Source: Octopus bimaculoides (lineage: Eukaryota). Taken from it: a stretch of DNA of 52,977 bases. Both the position numbers and the translations under genes were made by a program. Of the stretch, positions 12,601-23,600 are shown one piece after another (within the stretch, counting starts at the first letter, position 1; each line of letters starts with the position of its first letter). Under the pieces are notes generated by a model. That model was given only the letters and a program-made list of their open reading frames with translations, was not told where the DNA came from and ran no database searches. The stretch covers positions 41,064,054 through 41,117,030 of the forward strand of contig NC_068981.1 in assembly GCF_001194135.2 (NCBI RefSeq), given 5' to 3'.

Positions 12601-15600
12601 TAATTGACCTAAATTAATAATTAGCCATATTTGTGATGTCATATCTTTGAAACAGGTGATAATCATCTTCAAATTTCACAAATTGGAATAGCAGTTGCGT
12701 ATTTATTTTTAGGTTCTTGAAAACAAAAAATTTTTTTGCAATTTTTTTTTTTATGTGAAGCTTATTTTGTTGCATGTAACAAAAAAATGTCAATTGCACA
12801 GTGTTTTCCAACCTAGCGAAATCCAAAAAGTAAAATCCACAGGACTTGATTTATGGCACATTTATAGCAGTAGGTGTAAAACTAAATAAATCCTGAGATT
12901 TTTGGACATGGTACTATTCAGTAAAATTTTAATGGACTATTAAAAATAGCTGTAACAATCAGGTGAACCTTTTTTGTTTGTCTCAGATGATTATCATTCC
13001 ATATCCTGTCAACTATTAGTTTGGACTTTGATTTCAGTATCCATAAATCTATGAAAAGATGAATGTACAAATTATTGCCATCTTCAATTGCCAAAGGACA
13101 ACACATTGAAAAACTTATATTAAAATTTTCAAGAATATTATTGTTCTTACTTTAGAAAAACTTATTTTATTAAAATTTCAATATTTGTAGCAATTTTTCT
13201 CCTTTTCTATTTGTAGATCCTTTTAAAAGATTATCGATTCAGCTTTAAATTTAAAGAATCTTGCAAGCGATCTGTTGCAGCCCACTGTAAGAATAAGAAA
13301 ACGAAGTAAGTTTGTGACTGAATTAAACTTTTAAATTTGAAATTAGATAAGATAAATGCTTGTTTTCTAAAACTTTGTACAACAATTGTTTTTATAATTT
13401 TACAATAATTTTTTACTGTGGCTTTCTTTTCATTTTCATAATAATTTTCTGATCATGAGATCAGTTGATGGAATATATGTAACGTTTCAAACAAATTATT
13501 TATATAGATGTTTAAAATGTTCATATTGTTATGTGATAAATACTCTGTGTGTAGATAGTAGGGAGTCATCATCATCCCTGTTTTAATGTCCACTTTTCAT
13601 ACTTACATGGGTTGGACAGTGTTTATTGAGGCAGATTTTCTATGGACAGATGCCCTTCCTGATGACAGCACTCATTTCCCCATAGTCAGACATGTTTCTG
13701 AAGAATCCTGGAAATGACTGACACTGCTTGTATGACAGTAACACTCGTGTCCAACTATCACGATATCAAAAAAAGGAGAGACAAAATACACACACAGATT
13801 CCATTTACCAGATCCACTCACAAGGCTTTGGTCAGCCTGGGACTGTAGTAGAAGACACTTACCCAAGGTGTCACACACATTTGTGACTGAACTTAAAAAC
13901 CATGTGGATGGGAAGTAAACTTGCTAACCACACAGCACTCTTGTGCACTCAGCTTGATGTAGAGTATTTGCAGGAATTCAAGATCACAATTGAGAGGAAA
14001 GGTCTAACAGGCTGATGAAGTCCAGTGAGCCTTCTTTCTTGGATAACTCATGTAGCATTGTGAAATGAAACCTCGAGTTCTATATTTAAGAGATGAGGAA
14101 TTATGTACATTATTTACAATTGACGGATATTTGTCCTCATCTTGTTTGTTGTTAACACAACGTTTCGGCTGATATACCCTCCAGCCTTCATCAGATGTCT
14201 TGGGGGAAATTTCGAACCTGGGTTCTCATTCCTAAGGTATTTTTGATGTTATTGTTATTATAATAATAGTGGTTAAGAGTTCAGGCTACTAACCCCAAGA
14301 TTCCAAGTTTGATTCCAGGCAGTGACCTGAATAATATTAATAATAATAATAATAATATCAAAAATACCTAGGAATGAGAACCCAGGTTTGAAATTTCCCC
14401 AAGACACCCGATGAAGGCTGGAGGGTGTATCAACCGAAATGTTGTGTTAACAACAAACAAGATGAGGATAAGTATCCGTCAATATATTCCTCAGTCTTTT
14501 TAGTGTTAAGGGCTAATGTGTTATCAGTGTACTACATCACTATATCAAGCAACATACTGACTCCTGTGGTCAATGATCAGATTTACTACTATGATGCCTG
14601 CCAAGTTAATGATGGTAAAGATGACTGGGCAGATAGGCACAAGCAAAGACAGAAGGGAGTAAGAAGGTTGGTGCACTAATATATGTGTGTTGCAGAGAGA
14701 AGGTGAATAGTTTCTCAACCTGACAGTGCTTTCAATGCATGAAGTGTCTACTTGACTTGTGCACAAACATTTCAGAATATTGTTCTGATATTCCATTTTC
14801 AAATCAATAATGAGAATGCATAATTTCAAGTATTTAGATTGTCAAAGTAAGTTACAGCAGATGACAAAGGATTTCTTTCAGAACATACACTTGAACAACA
14901 TATATAAACCATCATTTATTGGAAGAGTAGAGGCATTTTTATATCTTTCACTAATACCTCTTTCATGTATATATATTAAAGAGACATAAAAGTGCTTATA
15001 TTCTTGTAATAAATAATAGTCTATGTATATTGTTATATGTATGCTGTAACCTACTTTGACAATCTAGATGCTTTAAATATATTACGCATTCACATTCTGT
15101 ACTCAAGAAGACCCACCTACCACAACAGAATTGAGATTCTAAAACCAGTCTAGATGAGATGCAGTTTGGTTTTGTGACAAGTAGAACCACTACTGATTCT
15201 ATATTTCTGGTAAGACAACTGCAGAAGAAATACCTAGCCAAAGATAAACCTCTGAACTTGGCTTTTGTTGGCTTGGAGAAAGCTTTTGACGGTCTCCCCG
15301 ATTCCTTATCTGGTGGTCAATGCAGAAACTAGGGATAGATGAGTGGTTGGTGAGAGCTATACAAGCCATGTACAGGAACCCTACCATCCAACCCATGTCA
15401 GCATGGAAAATGGGTGTTAAATGTTGATGATGATGATGATAGTAATGATGACATTACTGATATGAATGTTACATCTCTTAGAATTTCTTCTATTAATATT
15501 TAATTCATAATTTTTTTAGGCCTGATGTTATTGCTTGTCTTAGTGAACATGTTCGCAATGACACATTATTAGATGAAAAACATCGCATTGAGAAAGATTG

Positions 15601-17657
15601 TCGACACCAACTCAGAGTAGAACTTTTACAAAGAGTAAGCAAAGCTTTTCTATTCTGTTTTGTTATTAATTCCACTCGCTCTATTTTAAAAAAAAAATTG
15701 TGCATAAATGTAAAATGTATTAAATATTTTGAGTGTTATCTATTTATTCTTGCAAAACAAACATTTTAGATATTTCAAGTGAGGTGGGCAAAATATTGGT
15801 TGTCAGATATTTGTTTGTTACTATTTATTTATTTGAATCTTTATTTTTCATCAAGAATTTTAACAAATTAGTATTATTTTCTTCATTGTTCATGACTTTT
15901 TGCTAACATTCTGCTAGCTTGTGAGCATGTTGTTGGTAGAAATCACCAGGTTTTAACTCAATTATTCATCAAGCCATGTTTTTCTCCATGTTGTTAAACG
16001 AAACTCCTTGCAAACTGGTGGAGAGTAACTGAAAAAATGGTGATAATCTGAAGGTATTCTATCAAGAGAATATGGTGGGTGGAGTAGAACTTCTCAATCA
16101 AGCTCTTGAATTGCACTTTTGGTCAAATTAGCAAAGTCATTCATTGGGTTGTTTCACTTACATTGCCTTGTTGATCCAGTGCATTTGCTGAATGTAAAGA
16201 TCTGCATTGAACAGGTGATTGCTTTCAAGCATTTCATAGTGGATTAGCCCTTTCTAATCTCATTGAATGCAGATTGTTGTCTTGTGTGGAGTCTACTCTG
16301 GCTTGACTCAAGATGGTGAATGCTTGTTGAGACTCAGCCATTTTTCCTCTGCTTCATATTGATGTAAAGACCCCATTTTTCATCACTGGTGATGATGTAG
16401 TAAAGGGGTGGGGGGCTTTTGGGACACTATCATGTGAGTATCGCATCAGCTGCATCAGTTCTGTAGTAGGTTGGCATAGGTCTTTATGGATGAGCTCATT
16501 CAATTGATCCTAATTGACCTGAACAGGTCAACCAGAATGTGGAAGGTTGAAAACCATTTCTGTGCAGTTCTTTTAGTAATGTTTTTGTTTGTATACAGCA
16601 CAAATGTCTCGAGCAGCCTTTGGTAAGCTTGATTGAAAGTGAAGAGAAGTCAGTGTTCAAAATGTTATATGTTTAAAGTGAGATAAAGTTCATTCAAATT
16701 TCAAATACATGAAACAGAAGTTGTAGTGAAAGAATAACATATCTGACAACCTAATAGTTCCTGTAATCCTCTTCTGCAGATTTTCCAAAACTCCCTGAAT
16801 CCAATTCTCTACACATATGTACTCTATATTTTACCTTTCACTTGATACATGGTATCACATATTGAGAATTGCATCTGGGAATTTAGTATTGATTCTTTTG
16901 TTAAGCCTAATTCCAATTTTTGTAGAGCAGGAATGAAGGCAATATACTATTACAGGTACCTAGTTTGAACCTAGAAGTAAGAAGAAAAAAAGCAAGTCTT
17001 CCTTATATTTAAGCACAATGGAAAGTGGGGAAACTATACTCTGTAATGTATAATGTCCATTTGCTATCCATTTATGAATTCATTTATCAGTCATTTAAAA
17101 TGATACATGAGTTAAACTATTAACATTGCTTACATTTTAGGATTCTAATTTTTGATTCTAATGTAATGAAAGTAACTTCATTCTTATGTCATTGGTCTTG
17201 GTATTTACTTTTCCATTAGATGATGATTTTCAAATTTTCATATCTTTTAGCATGTAAGGTATATTTTGTCTTTATTAAGAATAAATTTAATTATTCTCAA
17301 TTACATTTTCTATGTCAGTGACTGTCCTCATTCTTTTTTTAGTAAATTTTCAAATTTGTTTTTCAATTTCTGATTTTTATGTATTTTTTTTTTATTATAG
17401 AGTGAAAGCTTGAATTTAGACCCTGAGTTAAAAAAGGCATGTGAATTGGACAGAAAAAAATTTTGTGCTCATAAGTCTCCAGGAAATGCTCAAGTAAATA
17501 TTATATACTGTATTTTAATTTTTTTCCCCTGTTGTAATGTCTCTGTTTTAATATTACTTCACTGAATTAAAAGAGAACGGTGGTGCTCCTGCATGACCGC
17601 AGTCATATGGCTGAAATGAGTAAAAGAGTAAGTCTTGAAAAATTGTATTTTGAATTC

Positions 17658-17698
<41 letters not shown>

Positions 17699-20600
17699 AT
17701 TTCAAATCTTTTTATGTCCACAGTATCTCCATTATCTACTAGCAGAGGTACCTGGTGTTTCCTGGGAATGAAATTGTTCCTTATATATTAGAAGGAGAAA
17801 GCAAAATATGTTGTATAGAAATATGTTATTTTTAATTTAATTTATTCTTCAATTGGGATACATGATGGAATCAGTTTGCTGTTGCTGTGCAGAGGTCTCT
17901 AGTGACCTTACTCTGGCTACCTGTACTCGTCTCTGCTTCACTGCAGAATACTGGTCATCTACATCTACCTTGTCTCCTTTTGTAGAGAGTAAGAACATTT
18001 TTCTCAGAAACTTAGTTGAAGATCAAAATGGGGATTAAATAAAAAATGAGTGAAAGCTACATGAATATTTTCGCAAGAGTGATTGAAATAAATGGCAATT
18101 GTGGAACACCACACACACACACACATATCAAACATCAGTGTCTCTTTCTACCCCACTTTCCCCCTCTTTTTGTGCCAGCTTTCTTTCACCTTCACCTATA
18201 GAACATACAGTATCAAACAGCAGCATCTCCTGCTCTCCCTCTCTCTTTCAACTTCTTCTATAAAAGCTTGTTTTGTCTCTCTGTTTCTTTCTCTCTTCTC
18301 TCTGTCTTTTCTCACTTTGTTTCTCTCTCACCTTCTGTAATAGTTCCTCTCTTTTAGTCTATGTCTGTTTTGCTCCCTCTCTCTTTCTAACTCACTCACA
18401 CACACTCTTTATATTTCTCCCTCTATTGAAAAACGTTGTGACAAATGAGATGGAGAAGTAAAGAGCCACTTCCTCATTTTACTTCTCTGTTTCTTTCTCT
18501 CTCCACTCACTCCCTCATTGGCATTATGCACAGACATACAAATATATATATATATAGATAGATAGATTTCATATTCTCTCTTTTTCTCTTACTTTTCCCT
18601 GGAAGTAAAATAAGTATCTTATTGGAAAAAGTTTTGGAAACTAAAATTTGATTTCATTTAAAAAAATGATTTAATTTGAATGAATACAATTACTTTTATT
18701 CTTTTACTTGTTTCACCCATAAGACTGTGGCTTTGCTGTAGCACCACCTTAAGAGGGTTTAGTCATTCAAATCAACAGTAGTATTTATTCTAAGGTCCCA
18801 GGACTTATTTTAACCTATGTCTCTTTTTTTGCTTAACTGTTAAGTTACAGAAATGTATACAAACCAACACCAGTTGTCAAGTAGCGAGAGACAAACAGAA
18901 ACTCAAAGTGCGCGCGCGCGCGCACACACACACACACACGCACGTACAGTGGGCTTCTACACAGTTTCATCTATCAAGGTCACTCAGAAGATATTAGTCA
19001 TGCTGAAGTTATAGTAGAAGGTACTTGCCCAAGATACCATACAATGATACTGAATCCCATATGACATAGTTGTGAAGCACACATTCTTTACTATCATAGT
19101 TTGTTTCTATTTAATTCAGAGTTTGTCAAATTTGTTACCTTTAATTATGATGACATCTTGAATTAGTCAGTTTGAGTTTCAATTCTATTGTTTGTGTCTT
19201 CTAAAATTTGTGTAAATTGCCCTGTACTCATTTTCCCTGATAGTATTTTCTGAAGCTATATTTTAATTATATAAAGCAATATAGTATTAAAAATCTGTTG
19301 TATGTATTTAGTATTATCTAAGTTAAAGATATTTAATTTGGAATCTTATTGAAAAATTGAAATATTTTATATAACATTTTTCTCTTTTTCTCATCAGAAA
19401 CTTTTGTAGACTATTATTGACTGCAATGTATTTTTTATTTAACTAGATCATTGAATGCTTGAAAGAACACCAACCCCGTCTTTCTAATAATTGTCATAAG
19501 GTTATCTTTAAAAGAGAGGTTAGTATACTTCATATACTGTTTCTTCTATTACTTATTGCATCCTTCCCTCCTCTGATCATTCCTCACTGTGTTTCTCACA
19601 TACAGATTACATTTAATACTTTACAGTCCTTCCTCCTAACAATAACTACATCCATTTATTTTGATAGTCTAAGACCTCCTCTCTCTTTTTAAAGAAATTT
19701 ATGATTCTTTTCTTTCTTTTTCTTCTGTCCTACAAAGAAAGCTGATAGTGTTGATAACAGCATTGATTATACTTTGAAAGTAGTCTGCAAGAAAATGATC
19801 AAAGTAAGTATTACAAATTTTATTTTACTTTAGTAAATAACAACTTTTGTGCAATTGTCTAAAAAAATTCCTTTAATGTGTGTGTCTGTAGCATGTAGAG
19901 GAAGAGTGAGAGGATAGTATTTTTTTTACATTATGTATTTGTTTTGCGAGATTCTTGTTGTGAAATCATGTGTTGAAACAGATATTGTTATATTCGGTGA
20001 TGGTCATTTTTTGCCAATTAAACACATACACTATTTATTTGATCTTCACTTTAGCCTTATTATTATTATTATTAATAATTTTAGTTTATTTGTTTATTTT
20101 TAGTGTATTTAGTTCAGAGAGTTGTTAAAGAGATCACAACAGAATGCATGACAAAAGAACTTTGACAAATAAACTAAAAATATTAATAAGGCTGAAGTGG
20201 AGATCAAATAAATAGTGCATGTGCTTAATTGGCAATGGACGACCATCCCCCAAATATAACAGTATTTTTGTACTTTTTAGAAAATGTTAGAATGTTGGGT
20301 AAAATCCCATTTGGTTTGTGAAATGCAAGTTTCTTTTATTTGTGTGGTTCTCATTCTCCCAATATTTTCATTAGTTTCTTCATCTTCATATATTGGTGCT
20401 ATTAGAAATGCCAGTCAGTGTACAACACAATACCATTAATAGGTGAATGTTGACTAGATAAGAAAACATACAAAAGATGAATTATAACACTATTAATCAG
20501 TTAAGCAATCAAATAATGTTAAAAGAAAAAAAACAAAAACACCTGTAAAAGACAATTACATCAAGCAGGAAGTTGCACCACCACAAATGCAATATGAATA

Positions 20601-23600
20601 AGCTTTCATAATTTTTTTTTTTTTTTTTTTTGTTATCATAAATCTAAGAGTTAGGCGTTAAACATTTATTCATTGCTAAAATGTTTGTACTTCAAAACTA
20701 TTATATAATTTACTTTTAATTTTGCTTTTCTAGCATTACTGCAATAACTACAAATCCGTAGAAATTTTATATTGTTTGAAACAACACAAAAACGATGAAG
20801 ACTTTGATCCAAATTGTAGACAAATTGTTATTCAGCGACAGAAACTTCAGAATACAGGTAGGTTTGAAGCATTTCTTATTTCCCAAGAAACTGTAATGTT
20901 ACTCGTACCTTTGAAAATAAAGCTTCATTTTCATTTCTCTTCATGTAAGCAATACCAGATGAGTTTACCAACCTATGTTCATTTTATAACTGCTAGAGGA
21001 ATAAATACCCAGAACTGATTTTGCCAGAGTTTGGTACTAGAACACACTTTTAGCTATTCATCTTATTTACAAATATTGATACATTACAAATAATTGCTAA
21101 ACTGTTGGTCTTCTAGACAGAATATTTTTTTAAAAAAACTAGTTTAGATAGCAAAGATTTCTGTATAAGATGTTTCCCAGCAGAAAGATTGTTCTGTTAA
21201 AAATTAACTGACCTAATTAATGCCTATAGCTAAATACTTTCATTGGTAAAATATATATTTGGAATTTACATGATGAAAGCAACTTCTTGACTCTAAAATT
21301 CTTTCAGCTTAAAAATTTTTTATTGTGTTTATTTTTGTGTAATTGTCTTTGAAAACCAGGATTAATTTCTCAAGTAATTTCTTTTTCAGATTATCGCCTA
21401 AATCCTCAGCTTCAGCAGTCATGTAAAATGGATATTAATAAATTTTGCCATCAAATAATTATTAACACCAAAAAAGATCAAGACCTTGAAGGCAAAGTCA
21501 TTAATTGTTTAAAAAAGCAGTTTGTTCATCAAGTAAGTTATTTTAAATTTAACATTTAAGTAATAACTAGCAGTGTAGCCTGGCGTTGCCCGAGATTAAG
21601 TTAGGATTATTAAGCTAATCAAGTGCTTTGTTTCAAACCAAACTAAGTAACACCCGACGTCAAATTTGTGTGAAATCCATTGAAATTGGTAAACTTCTGG
21701 CTGAAAATGGGTTGCAGACAATTTGATTGGGAAATCCCATAAGGAATCAGTTTATCGATTTTTCCACTCATCGATTGTTTTTTTTTCTTCTTTGGAGCAC
21801 TTAAAGCATTCAAAGATCCCATGAATCCTAAGTAACGCTGGCATCAAGTTCGAACAAAATACATAAAAATTGATAAAAGTTATGGTTGAAAATGGGTGTA
21901 GAAATCCTATAAGGAATTGGTTTATCGATTTTTCATCCTGATTGAATGGAAAACCCCGTAAGGAATCAGTTTATTGATTTTTCACCCAAATAGGACTTAG
22001 CCGAACACAACATTGCTGATTCAAAAAATCTATATTTATACTTTAAAGTTGCTTTTCACACCCAACCCAGTTCTGCAGAATCAGTGTTGCGATGGGAAGG
22101 CATGGGTTGGCCCATGGGTTGGGAACCCTTCCAGCAAGGAAAATAGAACACACAAAAGGGCTCTCCATCCTCTGTGTCAGAAGAGGTTATGTTCGGATCA
22201 CAACTAAGCCCTAAGCTAACCTAGCGAAAGGGGGCTCGGGAGCCTCTAAAAGGCAGCGACTAATCTTGATCTAGTCCTAACCCCTCCTTGGGGTACTATT
22301 AGTCAAGGCTGCATCGAAGATATGCATTGGAGAAGGTTGCCTCGGAGATCTGCATTAGAGAAGGTTTGCAGGCAGCAAGAATGGTCTAATATACAATACA
22401 GTGGATGTGACATTGGCTATGCCAGTTTACCTTTGCCACCCAATTTCTTAGAGTGCAAAGAACACAAAATAGCACCCACCATAACAGGTTCTATACAGAT
22501 TATCTAAACAGTGATACAAAAATACTAAAAATGAAATATCATCAAGACTTGTGATCACATTCTGTTACACAGCAACCTTCAACTTCCACAGTCCTTGATA
22601 CAAACCACCTCCAAACACCCATACACATAAAAAGCCTCTATTTCTCTCACTCAGCTTGAACAAACACAAGAAATACATATACTCACAAATAGCTACAACA
22701 TTAATAATCTGAGTGGCCCAGACACTGTGTTGGTACCAACAATAAGTGCAGTTAAACAGCACATATTGCACTCTGGTCAAGTGTAACTTGCTCACTTCTG
22801 TTATGGTCACAACCAAAATCTGCAGTTGTATAGAAATAGACTGGACAGTGGAGACAACACCATATATCTGAACTGTCACATTACACCTCATATAATTCAT
22901 TACTGCATCTCTGTATGTACAATATAGTCTTCAGCTAGGCAAACATAGCTTAAGTGGAAAGATAGATACGTAGGTCATGCTTTATTGTTTGATCAGGGCT
23001 AACCAGGAGCTACACAATGACAACAGGGAGCCAATTTCCTTTGAGCAATAGACAAGCCAGGAGATAGACAATATTTCGTCTCAAAATTACATTTCTTTCA
23101 GATAATACATGTCTTGGCACGTAAAAGCACCCACTACACTCTCGGAGTGGTTGGCGTTAGGAAGGGCATCCAGCTGTAGAAACTCTGCCAAATCAGATTG
23201 GAGCCTGGTGTAGCCATCGGGTTTCACCAGTCCTCAGTCAAATTGTCCAACCCATGCTAGCATGGAAAGCAGACGTTAAACGATGATGATGATGATCACA
23301 ATATAAAACGTTATACAGTTTACTAAATGCTCACATATTTAGGGCAAAAATGCTCTAATTATGTCTAATTTGTCTTTTGTACTTACATATTGTATAGTGC
23401 TTAGTCTCCACTGTTATTTTATGAAAATTTGGGTTCAATTTCTTCAGAAAATTTTGGAAGAATATTTAAAGCTTTTATTTCATTCCCTTTATTCACTCTT
23501 TATAGTTTCCTTTCATTCATGAAATCTTCCATTCTTTGAATTTAAACAAATGTTTTCCTATTCAAACGAAAATTTAACTTGTATAAAATGTTTTATAAAT

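Noticed and set aside
14012-14080. CTGATGAAGTCC...GAAAC hammerhead-like words
   Set aside because: No stem II closing next to GAAA and no stem I complement
17724-17747. In-frame 24-nt micro-exon (YLHYLLAE) after a long poly-T
   Set aside because: The donor GAG/GTACCT is poor, and the exon would split the conserved GNAQ-IIECL motif
22322-22900. ORFs and a possible LINE endonuclease remnant
   Set aside because: No convincing motif by eye; multiple stops
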